From an uncultured Candidatus Rokubacteria bacterium (lineage in GTDB: Bacteria; Methylomirabilota; Methylomirabilia; Rokubacteriales; CSP1-6), in assembly GCA_963762145.1 (NCBI GenBank), contig CAVXJS010000016.1, positions 53,981 through 117,980 on the forward strand: a stretch of 64,000 nucleotides of DNA, written 5' to 3'. The position numbers and the translations under genes are program-made. This document shows, in pieces, positions 1 to 10,333 of this stretch. Every line of letters begins with the position of its first letter. Positions within the stretch are counted from its first letter, which is position 1. The notes beneath the pieces are model-generated. The model made no database searches and had not been told where the DNA came from. It saw only the letters and a program-made list of their open reading frames with translations.

Positions 1-70
1 GCGGTAGGCGAAGGCGGTGAGCCGCGCCCACTCGGCGGCCCAGGACTCGGCCGCGCCCGCGGCCAGGCCC
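1..70 (-). CDS. ABC transporter permease, N-terminal fragment (runs off window)
   Basis: Reads ...ESWAAEWARLTAFAYR directly after the ABC ATPase stop; typical ABC-2 permease start; exact start codon unclear. Confidence 0.45.
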
Positions 71-1020
71 TCAGCGCGAGAGCTCAACGAAGACCTCCTC
101 GAGCTCGGGCTCGCGCACCTGGCAATCGCGGATGAGCACGCCGCGGTCGCAGAGCCACTTCAGGATGTCGGGCAGCCGCTTCTCCGAGGAGTCGACCGTG
201 CAGTGGATCCGGTCCTCACGCCGCTGCACCGCCAGCACCCCCGGCAGGCTCGGCGAGGCCGTCGGGGACCGCGGGCTCGAGCCGGAGCGCGATCACGTCC
301 CCGATGCGGATCTGCCGCTTGAGCTCGTCGGCCGAGCCCTCGGCGAGAATGCGCCCGCCCTTGATGAAGGCGATGCGGTCGCAGAGCTCCTCGGCTTCCC
401 GCATGTAGTGGGTGGTCAGGATGATGGTGGTGTTCCGCTCCCGGCGCAGCTCCGCGATCTGGGCCCGGATGCGGATCGACACGTCCGGATCGAGGCCGAG
501 GGTCGGCTCGTCGAGGAAGAGGACCTCCGGATCGTTGAGGAGCGCCTTGGCGAGGGCGAGGCGCTGCTTGAGCCCGGTGGAGAGCTCGTTGTACTCGGTC
601 TTGAGGTGCGACGTCAGCTCGAAGCGCTCGATCAGCTCGCTCGACGCGGTGCCGGAGCGCGCGCCCGTGGAGGCCGTAGAGCCGTCCGTAGAAGGCGAGC
701 ACCTCGGCCGGCCGCAGGCTCCACACGAACGACGCGTTGCCGCTCGCCATGTTGAGGCGCCGGCGGATCGCGAAGGCCTCGCGGACGACGTCGTGCCCCA
801 GGATCGTGGCGGAGCCGCTGTCCGGTAGCAGCAGCGTCGCCAGGATGGAGAGCAGCGTGGTCTTGCCGGCCCCGTTGGGGCCCAGCAGGCCGTAGATGGC
901 GCCGCGCGGGACCTGGAGGCTCGCGCCGCGCAGGGCGGCCGTCTCCCGGCGGCGGAACCATCCGCTGCGGAAGGTCTTGGTCAGATCACGCGCTTCGACG
1001 GCGAAGGACGACCCGGGCAT
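71..1020 (-). CDS. ABC transporter ATP-binding protein (DrrA-like), frameshifted
   Basis: Walker A GPNGAGKTT; later frames give ILTTHYMREAEELCDRIAFI and REPELEEVFVELSR-stop at 71-73. Confidence 0.9.
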
Positions 1021-1123
1021 GGCCCGCTCATCGTACCACCGCGACGTTTGCCGACGCGCGGTCGATCTGGTAGAACCTCCCCGTGAAGCCGACGGGAGTG
1101 GCCCATGGCCCGGTGGTGGGCCG

Positions 1124-1540
1124 GTGACCTCAGACCACGAGCGGGCCGAGGTCGAGGAAGCGAACGCGCGGTTCTACCGCGTGTTCGAGACGCTGGATCT
1201 CCAGCAGATGGACGAGATCTGGGCGCACGAGGAGCACGTGCGCTGCGTGCATCCCGGCTGGTGCATGCTCGCGGGCTGGGCCGCGGTGCGGCACTCCTGG
1301 GAGGTCATCTTCAAGAACAGTCAGGAGATGCGCTTCAGTATCACCGACGTCCACGCGCACGTGGAGGGCGCCTTCGGCTGGGTGACCTGCACCGAGAACA
1401 TCCTCTCCGAGTCGCGCGGCAACATCTCGGTCACCTCGGTCCTGGCTACCAACATCTTCGAGCGAATCGGCGGAGAGTGGCTCGTCATCCACCACCACGC
1501 CTCCCACATCCTGGCCGGGGATCCGTCGGCGAACGCGTGA
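1124..1540 (+). CDS. SnoaL-like / NTF2-family protein
   Basis: ANARFYRVFETLDLQQMDEIW, CVHPGW, ATNIFERIGGEWLVIHHHAS. Confidence 0.88.
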   Translation: MTSDHERAEVEEANARFYRVFETLDLQQMDEIWAHEEHVRCVHPGWCMLAGWAAVRHSWEVIFKNSQEMRFSITDVHAHVEGAFGWVTCTENILSESRGNISVTSVLATNIFERIGGEWLVIHHHASHILAGDPSANA

Positions 1541-1560
1541 CCGCGCGGGAAGGAGAACGC

Positions 1561-1911
1561 ATGGACTCCATGGCCAAGGACTCCCTGAAGGACGCGAGCC
1601 ATCTCTACGAGGTCGAGCGCCGCGCGCGCCACGCCGAGCGGCCCGGGTTCCGGATCACCGAGCTCCAGATCGGTCCCCGGCAGCAGGTGCCGTGGCACTA
1701 CCACACGAGCATCCGGGACACGTTCTACGTCCTGCAAGGGCACCTGCGCCTCTTCCTGCGCGATCCGAAGGAGGAGGTCCGGCTCGAGCCCGGCGAGTCC
1801 TACGCGGTGCGGGCCGGGCGCCCGCACCTGGTCACCAACGGCGGCGAGGCGTCCGCGGTCTTCCTCGTCCTGCAGGGAGTCGGCGAGTACGACTATGTCC
1901 CGCTGACCTGA
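1561..1911 (+). CDS. Cupin domain protein
   Basis: VPWHYHT..DTFYVLQG and RPHLVTN cupin motifs; AGGAG SD upstream. Confidence 0.85.
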   Translation: MDSMAKDSLKDASHLYEVERRARHAERPGFRITELQIGPRQQVPWHYHTSIRDTFYVLQGHLRLFLRDPKEEVRLEPGESYAVRAGRPHLVTNGGEASAVFLVLQGVGEYDYVPLT

Positions 1912-1966
1912 CACGGAGCGGTGGTGCCCCTGACCGGACGCGGGGCGGGCGTACCCGCCGCCCCGG

Positions 1967-3536
1967 TTAGAGCCGGCGCAGGAGCAGGTGCGGGCCGCCC
2001 TGGGCCGCCACCGCGTAGCGCCGCTCGACCCCTCCCACCGCGATGGTCACGCTGCTCCCGTCCCGCGTCAGCGTCACGCCGGGCAGGTTCCGCCACGGAT
2101 AGCTGTCGAGATTCACGAGGACGTAGTCGCTCTTCTCGATGCCGACCGGAAACACGAAGACGAGCGGCCGTAGGCTGAGATGCGGCACGTAGGGATCCTG
2201 GGCCGAGACCGCGGCGGCGGGAGGAACCCGTGCCAGCACCTGGTAGGCCGCGCGCGCTTCCGGGACGGGCCAGAAACGGGCGATCGCGAGGTTGTTCACG
2301 CTGCGCGAGGCGAGCGCGAGGCTCGCCACCATCGCCACCACCAGCACCGCTACCGGCCAGGCCCCCGCCCGGCGCTTCGCGAGGCGCGCGTAGCCGCCGA
2401 TCGCGGCCAGGATCACGAAGGGCAGGACGAAGGACTGGTACTGGGTCCGGAAGCCGTAGAGCACCGGGTCCTGGCCGAGAAGGTTCTGGGCCAGCGCGGG
2501 AAGCACGCCGAGCAGATCCCAGCCGCCCAGGAGCGGCAGGAAGGCGAGCGGGGCCAGCATCGCGGCGATGTACACCGCGCGGTCGACGGTGAGCAGCGTC
2601 GCGAGCGGGCGCAGCGGATGCAGGATCGCGTTCAGCGATGATCTCGGGCAGCGAGCCGCCGAGGTGGGTGTAGCGCGCGAGATGCGAGTAGGACTCCCCG
2701 CGATAGGCCGGGATGATCCAGCGCACGTCCACTGCGAGCACAACCAGCGCGGCGACGGCGGTGAGCGTGCCGGTGAGGCGGAGCCGGTGCCTCACGGCCA
2801 TCCACGCGCCGAGCCCCATGACCGGGAGCGCGGCGTCTTCCCGGCAGAGGAGCGTGAGCGCGGCGGGCAGGAGCGCCAGCCGCGGCCGGCCCGCCTCCAC
2901 CGCCCAGAAGGCGGCCAGGAGGAGCGGGATCGCGAGCGCGGCCGCGTGAAAGTCGCGCACGTTGATCCCGTGGAGCGACGGGTTGGCCAGGTAGAGCAGC
3001 GCGAATGCGGCGGCGGGGCGCTCGTCGCCGAGCCGCGCCCGGGCCAGGCCGAACACCGCGACGCCGCCCAGCGCCAGGGCGACCGACTGCGCCACGAGCA
3101 GGACCACCGGGCCCGGTACCAGCCAGTAGGCGGGCACGAGGAGATACATGATCGGCGAGAGGTGGTCGCCCCAGGCGTGCATCTCGGGCAGGCTCACGTA
3201 CGGGCCCGCTCCCCGGGCCAGGTTCCAGACGAGCTGGACGTAGTAGCCGAGATCGAGCGCGTGGGTCGCGAAGGTCAGGTGGCGGGTGACCGTGATGAAC
3301 GAGAACACGAGCGCGTAGGCCGCCACCCCGACCAGGACGGCCCGGCGAGGCCGCACCGCGGGCAGCGGGCGCGGCGCCAGCCACACCCGCACGGCCACGA
3401 GTCCCAGGAGCAGGAGGAAGAAGTGCTCGGGCCGCCAGGGCCAGTGCTCGCGCCGCCCCGTCCAGAATACGAGCGTCAGACCCAGCCCGGTCGCGGTCAG
3501 GACGGCCGCGCCGTCGAGCAGCCGGGCGACGGTCAC
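1967..3536 (-). CDS. DUF2079-like multi-pass membrane protein (putative GT-C-type glycosyltransferase), frameshift near 2635
   Basis: DLGYYVQLVWN, GDHLSPI, DFH, CREDAAL motifs and many hydrophobic segments; joins ORFs 1893..4832 and 1967..2743. Confidence 0.75.
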
Positions 3537-4351
3537 CGGGGGTCGGCCGGAGGGGACGAGCCGGCCCGCCCGAGGCGACTGTAGCGACCGGCGATGGAGC
3601 CGAGCCGGCGGGAGCGCTTGAGCCCGGTCCGGTGGAGCAGGTAGCGCGCGACCACCCAGAGGATCTTGAAGCCGTAGACGCAGGACGCGCCGAAGCTCGC
3701 CGAGGAGGCCTCGGGAAAATACCGGACCGGCACCGGGATCTCCGCGATGCGGAACCCGGTGGCCACCACCTGGGCGACGATCTCCTGGTCGAAGACGAAG
3801 CCGTCCGAGTTCATGCGGAAGTTGACCGCGTCGAGCGCGTCCCGGCTGAACGCGCGGTACCCGGTGTGATACTCCGACAGCCGGAGTCCGAAGGCCACGT
3901 TCTCCACCCCGGTCAGGAACCGGTTGGCCACGTACTTCCACCACGGCATCCCCTGCTCGATCGCCGAGCCGCCGCCCGCGAGCCGGGAGCCCAGGACCAG
4001 GTCGGCGTCCCCCTGCTCGATGGGCGCGATGATCTTGGGTACCAGGGTGGGATCGTACTGATAGTCGGGGTGGACCATCACCACGATGTCGGCGCCCGCC
4101 TTGAGGGCCTCGGTGTAACAGGTCTTCTGGTTGGCGCCGTAGCCGTAGTTGCGGTCGTGCACGAAGATCTCGAGCCCGAGCTCGCGCGCGACCTCCAGGG
4201 TGGCGTCGGTCGAGCCGTCGTCCACCAGGATGACCAGGTTGACGGTGTCCTTGGGCAATTCCTCGTAGGTCATGCGAAGCGTCCGGCCCGCGTTGTACGC
4301 GGGCATCACCACCACGACCTTCGGAGCGCCCTTCGAGGACGGCCCGGGCAT
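3533..4351 (-). CDS. GT2 glycosyltransferase (polyprenyl-phosphate/DPM-synthase-like)
   Basis: VVMPAYNA, LVDDGSTD, NYGYGANQK, HPDYQYDP, GSR, YHTGYRAF. Confidence 0.92.
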   Translation of the reverse strand: MPGPSSKGAPKVVVVMPAYNAGRTLRMTYEELPKDTVNLVILVDDGSTDATLEVARELGLEIFVHDRNYGYGANQKTCYTEALKAGADIVVMVHPDYQYDPTLVPKIIAPIEQGDADLVLGSRLAGGGSAIEQGMPWWKYVANRFLTGVENVAFGLRLSEYHTGYRAFSRDALDAVNFRMNSDGFVFDQEIVAQVVATGFRIAEIPVPVRYFPEASSASFGASCVYGFKILWVVARYLLHRTGLKRSRRLGSIAGRYSRLGRAGSSPPADPR

Positions 4352-5026
4352 CTAGCCGCTCCCCGCGCGGCAGATCGCGACGAACTGGTAGGCGAGCCCG
4401 CCCGGCCAGCCCCGCGCGGCCCCCGCGCTGAGCGCGTGCACGCCCGAGAGCAGGCGCCCGTGCCAGCGCGGCGGCACCACGAGCGGGAGCGGCACCGGCG
4501 TGACCGCGAGCTCGTCCACGCGGAGCCCCGCCGAGCGCAGGAGGTCGAGGAAGGTCCTCCGCGTGAAGAAGCGGAGGTGGGTGCGGTCCAGGATGCCGCG
4601 GTCCGCGTAGTCGAAGCGGCCGGCGAGGAGGGACAGACGCACCCAGAGGTGCGCCACGTTGGGCACCGAGACGATCACGGTGCCCCCGGGCGCGAGGGTC
4701 TCGTCGAGCGCCCGCAGCACCGCGGCCGGATCGCTGACGTGCTCGAGCACGTCGCCGTAGACGATCGCCTCGAAGGGACCGTGCAGGAGCGGCGGCGCCG
4801 ACTCCAGGTCGGCTACCACGACTTCCTTGCACCGCCCGTGCGCCCGCGCGGCCAGCTCCGGGTCACGCTCGAGCGCGGTCACGCTCCAGCCCTGGGCGGT
4901 GAGACGCTCCGCGAGGAAGCCGTCGGCCGCGCCCACGTCGAGCGCTCGGCGTCCACGGCCCTCGCCGAGTCGCGCCAGGATGACGGAGTGGCTCGAGTGC
5001 GGGTCGTTCTTCAGGCGGTAGGTCAT
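4352..5026 (-). CDS. Class I SAM-dependent methyltransferase
   Basis: ALDVGAADG, DVLEHV, VSVPNVAH, GILDRTHLRFFT. Confidence 0.88.
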   Translation of the reverse strand: MTYRLKNDPHSSHSVILARLGEGRGRRALDVGAADGFLAERLTAQGWSVTALERDPELAARAHGRCKEVVVADLESAPPLLHGPFEAIVYGDVLEHVSDPAAVLRALDETLAPGGTVIVSVPNVAHLWVRLSLLAGRFDYADRGILDRTHLRFFTRRTFLDLLRSAGLRVDELAVTPVPLPLVVPPRWHGRLLSGVHALSAGAARGWPGGLAYQFVAICRAGSG

Positions 5027-5102
5027 GTCTGGGGCGCCATTCCCCCTTCTTCGGAGCTAGGATAGCACCGGCGATGCTCACGGCCGGTTGGAATAGAGCC
5101 GT

Positions 5103-5126
5103 CGCCCGACGAGGGCGCGTCGGGCG
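5103..5126. terminator. GC-rich hairpin directly after the CinA-like gene stop
   Basis: CGCCCGACG-N6-CGTCGGGCG inverted repeat; no clear U-tract. Confidence 0.35.
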
Positions 5127-5864
5127 CTACCGGTCGACCCGGACCACCGCGTCCAGGGGAAGGTGGCCCAGGAAGTCGGTGACCGCGTCGTCGAGATAGC
5201 CGCGGTCCTTGGACTCCAGCGTGACCTTCACCTTGTACTCCGGGTTGGAGAACTCGGGATACGAGCCCAGGAGCAGATCCGGATGGCCGGCGAGCAGCGC
5301 GTTGAGGTGATCGGCGAGCGTGCCCTCCCCCATGCTCACGTAGACGCAGCAGAGATGGAACGGGGTGTCGCGGAAGCGCTCCTTGAGCGCGTCGAACTTC
5401 TGGCGGAAGATCTCGGGCACACCGGGCAGGATGTAGATGTTCCGCACCACCACCGCGGGGAACACGAGCTCGCCGTCCGCGGTCAGCTCCGCGCCCTCCG
5501 GCACTTCCGCCATCTTGAGCCGGGCCTCGTTGAGCTGGCCCCGGCCCTTGAAATAGGCCTCGAGCACACGGACCAGCCGCGGCTCGCGCACCACCCGGAC
5601 CCCGAGGGCCCGCGCGACGCCCTCGATCGTGACGTCGTCGTGGGTGGGGCCGACCCCGCCCGAGGTGAACACCACGTCGTAGGCCGAGCTGAAGGCGCGC
5701 ACCTCGGCCGCGATGAGGTCCACCTCGTCGGGGATGACGGTGATGCGGCGGACCTCCACGCCGAGCGCCCGCAGCTCGCGGCAGAGGTAGGCGGCGTTGG
5801 CGTCGGTGATCTTGCCCGAGAGGATCTCGTTGCCGATCAACAGGATGCCGGCCGTTTTCGCCAT
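5127..5864 (-). CDS. CinA N-terminal-like molybdopterin-binding domain protein (COG1058)
   Basis: IGNEILSGKITDAN, SGGVGPTHDDVT, LPGVP; no C-terminal PncC domain. Confidence 0.88.
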   Translation of the reverse strand: MAKTAGILLIGNEILSGKITDANAAYLCRELRALGVEVRRITVIPDEVDLIAAEVRAFSSAYDVVFTSGGVGPTHDDVTIEGVARALGVRVVREPRLVRVLEAYFKGRGQLNEARLKMAEVPEGAELTADGELVFPAVVVRNIYILPGVPEIFRQKFDALKERFRDTPFHLCCVYVSMGEGTLADHLNALLAGHPDLLLGSYPEFSNPEYKVKVTLESKDRGYLDDAVTDFLGHLPLDAVVRVDR

Positions 5865-5950
5865 GGGCGAGCCACATCGTAGCATGTGGGGAGTTCTGAT
5901 AGAATGGGTCGCGCTCCGACGGGCGACTCTCCCTCGCATAGAGGAATGCC

Positions 5951-6769
5951 ATGACCACCGACGCCTCTCCGATCACGCTGCGTGGCTGGGCTCTGATCCT
6001 GGGCGCCTCCTCCGGCTTCGGCGCCGCCACGAGCCTGGCGCTCGCGCGCGCGGGGCTCGACGTGTTCGGCGTCCATCTCGATCGCAAGTCCACCTTGCCC
6101 AACGTCGAGCGCCTGGCCGCCGAGATCAAGAGCCTCGGGCGCGAGGCCCGCTTCTTCAACGTCAATGCGGCCGACGAGGAGAAGCGCGCGGAGGTCGCGA
6201 CCGAGATGGAGCGGGTGCTCCGCGAGCGCGACCAGATGGGCCAGGTGCGGGTCATGCTGCACTCCCTCGCCTTCGGCACCCTCAAGCTCTTCGTGGCCGA
6301 CCCGATCAAGGAGGCGGTGACCAAGGCCCAGATGGACATGACGCTCGACGTGATGGCCCACAGCCTCATCTACTGGGCGCAGGAGCTGGTCGGGCGCGGC
6401 CTCATGGGCCGCGGGGGCCGCATCTACGCGATGACCTCGTCGGGCGGGGCGCGCGTGCTGCCCTACTACGGGCCGGTCTCGGCGGCCAAGGCCGCGCTGG
6501 AGTCGAACATCCGTCAGCTCGCGGCCGAGCTGGCTCCCCACGGCGTCACCGCCAACTCGATCCGCGCCGGGGTGACCGCGACCCCCGCGGCCCAGAAGAT
6601 CCCCAACTACGAGGAGTTCTCCCAGCAGGCCGCGCGGCGCAATCCGCATCGCCGGCTCACCACCACCGACGACGTGGCCCGCGCCATCGTGGTGCTGAGT
6701 CATCCCGACACGCACTGGATCACCGGCAACGTGATCGGGGTCGACGGCGGCGAAGAGATCGTGGGCTGA
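5951..6769 (+). CDS. Enoyl-ACP reductase-like SDR (FabL/FabI type)
   Basis: GASSGFG Rossmann motif, Y-x6-K catalytic motif (YGPVSAAK), [11 protein letters not shown]. Confidence 0.8.
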   Translation: MTTDASPITLRGWALILGASSGFGAATSLALARAGLDVFGVHLDRKSTLPNVERLAAEIKSLGREARFFNVNAADEEKRAEVATEMERVLRERDQMGQVRVMLHSLAFGTLKLFVADPIKEAVTKAQMDMTLDVMAHSLIYWAQELVGRGLMGRGGRIYAMTSSGGARVLPYYGPVSAAKAALESNIRQLAAELAPHGVTANSIRAGVTATPAAQKIPNYEEFSQQAARRNPHRRLTTTDDVARAIVVLSHPDTHWITGNVIGVDGGEEIVG

Positions 6770-6776
6770 CCGGCCG

Positions 6777-7566
6777 GTGCCTGCATGGCTGGCCGTCACC
6801 ATCCTGGGGATCATCGAGGGCGTGACCGAATTCCTGCCCATCTCCTCGACCGGGCACCTGCTCCTGGTCGAGAACGCGGGCTGGCTTCCGCGCCAGTCCG
6901 ATCTCTTCAACATCACGATCCAGTCCGGCGCGGCCCTCGCGGTGCTGCTGGCCTTCGGCGGACGCCTGCGCGACTTGCTGGGGCGATGGGACGAGCCGGC
7001 GGCGCGCGGCGTATCTCCTGAAGCTCGCGCTGGCCTTCGTGATCACCGGCGCGGGCGGGCTTGCCCTCAAGCGGCTCGGCTTCGGCCTGCCGAAGGAGAC
7101 CGCGCCCATCGCCTGGGCCACCCTGATCGGCGGGGTCGTGATTCTGGCGGTGGAATGGTCGCTCCGGGCGCGACCGTCCGTCTCCCAGGTGAGCTGGGCG
7201 ATGGCGGTCGCGGTTGCGATGGGGCAGCTGCTCGCCGCGATGTTCCCCGGTACGTCGCGCTCCGCCGCCACCATCCTGCTCATCATGCTGCTGGGGCTGA
7301 GTCGGCCCGTCGCGACCGAGTTCTCGTTCCTGGTCGGCGTGCCCACGCTCCTCTCGGCGGGCGGGCTCGAGATGATGCAGGCTCTCCGTCATTCCACCGG
7401 CCCGCCGACGGACTGGGGGCTCCTGGCGCTGGGCACGCTGGTCTCCGCGGTGACCGCCTTCGGGGCGGTGCGCTGGCTGCTCCGGTGGATCCAGACGCAC
7501 AGCTTCGTCCCGTTCGGATGGTACCGGGTGGCGCTCGGTCTCGTCCTGCTGACCCGGCTCGGCTGA
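6777..7566 (+). CDS. uppP: Undecaprenyl-diphosphate phosphatase, frameshift near 7010
   Basis: [18 protein letters not shown] and [10 protein letters not shown] signature motifs. Confidence 0.93.
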
Positions 7567-7594
7567 GCCGGCCCGACTGGAGGTAGTCGACGCG

Positions 7595-9073
7595 ATGGCG
7601 CACGACGTGGTGGTGATCGGCGGCGGCAATGCGGCTCTCTGCGCGGCGCTCGCCGCGCGCGAGGGCGGAGCCTCGGTGCTGGTGCTCGAGAAGGCGCCGG
7701 AGTCCGAGCGGGGCGGCAACTCCTTCTTCACCGCGGGCGGGTTCCGCTTCGCCCACCACGGCCTCGAGGATCTCCGGCGCGACGTCATCCCCGACCTGAG
7801 CGACGAGGAGGCGCGGACCATCACCATCCCCGCCTACACCGAGGACCAGTACTACGACGACATCATGCGCGTCACCGAGGGTCGCTCCGATCTCGACCTG
7901 GCCCAGCACCTGGTGCAGCGCTCGAAGCCGACCGTGATGTGGATGCGCACCCAGGGCATCCGCTGGATCCTCATGTTCAGCCGGCAGTCCTACAAGGTTG
8001 GCGACCGCCACCACTTCTGGGGCGGCCTCAACCTCGAGGCGGTGGGCGGCGGGCCGGGCCTGGTCGAAGCGCTCTTCGAGCGGGCGGCCAAGGTGGGCAT
8101 CGAGGTGCGCTACGGGATGGCCGGGCACCAGCTGATCCAGGACGCATCCGGCCGCGTGACCGGGGTCAGGGTCCGCAGCGCCACGGGCTCGAGCGAGATC
8201 CCCTGCCGCGCGGTGGTCATCGCGTCGGGCGGCTTCGAGGCCAACCCCGAGTGGCGCACCCGCTACCTGGGCCCCAACTGGGACCTCGCGCGCGTGCGGG
8301 GCACCCGCCACAACGTGGGCGAGGGCATCGCGATGGCGCTCGAGATCGGGGCGCAGGCCTACGGCCACTGGTCGTCCTGCCACGCGGTGGCGTGGGATCT
8401 CAACGCGCCCGCCTTCGGCGATCGGCGCGTGGGCGACATGTTCCAGAAGCACTCGTACCCGCTCGGGCTGATCGTCAACGTGCGCGGCGAGCGCTTCGTG
8501 GACGAGGGCGCCGACTTCCGCAACTACACCTACGCGAAGTACGGGCGCGAGATCCTGCGCCAGCCGCAGGAGGCCGCCTTCCAGATCTTCGACCAGAAGA
8601 CGGTGGAGCTGCTGCGCGAGGAGTACCGCATCCGCGAGATCACCAAGGCCGAGGCGGGCACCATCGAGGAGCTGGCCAAGAAGCTCGAGATCAACCCGGA
8701 AGGGCTGGCCCGCACCGTGCGCGAGTTCAACGGGGCGGTGATGGACCAGGTGCCGTTCAACCCCGCGGTGCTCGACGGCCGGGGCACGCGCGGTATCAGC
8801 CCGCCCAAGTCCAACTGGGCGCAGCGGCTCGACAGCCCGCCCTACGTGGGCTTCGGGGTCACGTGCGGGATCACGTTCACCTTCGGCGGCCTGCGGGTGG
8901 ACACGCGCGCCCAGGTGCTCGACACGTGGGACCGGCCCATCCCGGGCCTCTACGCGGCGGGCGAGCTGGTGGGCGGGCTCTTCTACCACAACTACCCGGG
9001 CGGCACCGGCCTCATGTCGGGCGCCGTCTTCGGCAAGACCGCGGGCGACTCCGTCGCCGCCGACCTCAAATAG
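7595..9073 (+). CDS. tcuA: FAD-dependent tricarballylate dehydrogenase TcuA family
   Basis: GGGNAALCAA, RGGNSFFTAG, SGGFEAN, GITFTFGGL, YHNYPGGTGLMSGAVFG. Confidence 0.85.
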   Translation: MAHDVVVIGGGNAALCAALAAREGGASVLVLEKAPESERGGNSFFTAGGFRFAHHGLEDLRRDVIPDLSDEEARTITIPAYTEDQYYDDIMRVTEGRSDLDLAQHLVQRSKPTVMWMRTQGIRWILMFSRQSYKVGDRHHFWGGLNLEAVGGGPGLVEALFERAAKVGIEVRYGMAGHQLIQDASGRVTGVRVRSATGSSEIPCRAVVIASGGFEANPEWRTRYLGPNWDLARVRGTRHNVGEGIAMALEIGAQAYGHWSSCHAVAWDLNAPAFGDRRVGDMFQKHSYPLGLIVNVRGERFVDEGADFRNYTYAKYGREILRQPQEAAFQIFDQKTVELLREEYRIREITKAEAGTIEELAKKLEINPEGLARTVREFNGAVMDQVPFNPAVLDGRGTRGISPPKSNWAQRLDSPPYVGFGVTCGITFTFGGLRVDTRAQVLDTWDRPIPGLYAAGELVGGLFYHNYPGGTGLMSGAVFGKTAGDSVAADLK

Positions 9074-9156
9074 GGGTCAGGTCTTGAATTACGACATTTT
9101 CGGCACGCGAGGACACATCTCCCGCGGACAAATGTCGTAATTCAAGACCTGACCCC
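9073..9156. repeat. 84-bp element with perfect 27-bp inverted repeats (REP/MITE-like)
   Basis: GGGGTCAGGTCTTGAATTACGACATTT (9073-9099) and its exact reverse complement (9130-9156), 30-bp spacer, between convergent genes. Confidence 0.9.
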
Positions 9157-9171
9157 AGATCGGCGCCGCCC

Positions 9172-10167
9172 TCAGGCGTCGTGCTTGTGGTGGCGGAGGA
9201 TCTCGAGGAAGGTGTCGACGACGCGCGGGTCCCAGTAGCCGGCGTCGGCCTCGCGGATCAGGGTGGAGACCGCCTCCGAGCGCGGGAGGGCCGCCTTGTA
9301 CGGGCGGTCGGTGTGTAGCGCGTCGAAGACGTCCACCACCGAGATGATGCGGGCCCCCAGCGGGATCGCCTCCCCCTTGAGTCCGTCGGGGTAACCCGAG
9401 CCGTCCCACTTCTCGTGGTGATGGCGCATGATCGGACGCACCAGCTCCATGCTGCGCAGGCCGAGGACGAGGTCGGAGCCGGCGCCCGGGTGCGCGCGAA
9501 TCCGCTCGTACTCCATGGGATCGAGCGGGCCGGGCTTGAGCAGGATGCCGTCGGGCACCGAGATCTTGCCGAGATCGTGGAGGTAGCCGCCCAGGCGGAG
9601 GGAGCGCACCATCTCCGCGTCGAGCCCGAGCGCCTCCCCCACCGCCACCGCGTAGCGTGACAACCGGTCGCAGTGGCCGAGGGTGTACGGATCGCGCGCC
9701 TCGATGGTGAGCGCCAGCGTGGTGATCACCGCCTCGGCGCGCTCGAGCTGGCTCAGGAGCTGCCGCACGCGCAGCAGCGCGGCCAGGCGGGTGCGCAGCT
9801 CCACGAACTCCACCGGTTTCGTGAAGAAGTCGTCCGCTCCCGCCGCGAGCCCGGCCACCCGCGCCTCCAGGTCCCCCACCGCGGTGAGGATGACCACCGG
9901 CATCAGCTCGTAGCGCGGATCGGCCTTGAGCCGGGCACAGAGCTCGATGCCGCTCATGGCGCCCAGATGCACGTCGGTGAGCACGAGGTCCGGGCTCACC
10001 ACGTTGAGCGCGTCGAGCGCCTGCTCGGCGGAGGCGGCGATGAGGAGCCGGTAGCCGAGCGCGGCGAGCAGGCCGGAGAGGACATCGCGGATGTGCAGGT
10101 CGTCCTCGACGACCAGGATCGTCGGCCGGTCGGGCAGCGCGGATTCGAGATCGAGGCTAGCGCTCAT
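9172..10167 (-). CDS. Response regulator with HD-GYP c-di-GMP phosphodiesterase domain
   Basis: REC domain (VVEDD, LTD, TKP); HDLGK and HHEKWDGSGYPDGL. Confidence 0.93.
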   Translation of the reverse strand: MSASLDLESALPDRPTILVVEDDLHIRDVLSGLLAALGYRLLIAASAEQALDALNVVSPDLVLTDVHLGAMSGIELCARLKADPRYELMPVVILTAVGDLEARVAGLAAGADDFFTKPVEFVELRTRLAALLRVRQLLSQLERAEAVITTLALTIEARDPYTLGHCDRLSRYAVAVGEALGLDAEMVRSLRLGGYLHDLGKISVPDGILLKPGPLDPMEYERIRAHPGAGSDLVLGLRSMELVRPIMRHHHEKWDGSGYPDGLKGEAIPLGARIISVVDVFDALHTDRPYKAALPRSEAVSTLIREADAGYWDPRVVDTFLEILRHHKHDA

Positions 10168-10333
10168 CGAGTGCCCGCTATCCACGCCAGCACGTCCTGC
10201 CGATCCCGGCCCTCCTCGAGCACGGAGCGGGAGCGAGGCCATGCCGCGGGAGCGGCGTGCTCGAGGCTCAGGTCTCCGATGGGCTCGGTCAAGGCGGCTA
10301 TCTTACTCCAGGCGGGCGGCGAAAGTGCCCGGA

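Noticed and set aside
1893-4832. Very long ORFs such as 979 aa (1893-4832), 1136 aa (20471-23881) and 690 aa (56310-58382), plus many antisense ORFs
   Set aside because: Artefacts of high GC (few stops in off-frames) and frameshifts concatenating separate genes; off-frame parts are Arg/Gly/Pro-rich with no recognisable motifs.
7595-9073. Complete tricarballylate utilisation locus
   Set aside because: No tcuB, tcuC or tcuR adjacent; only family membership is supported and the substrate is unconfirmed.
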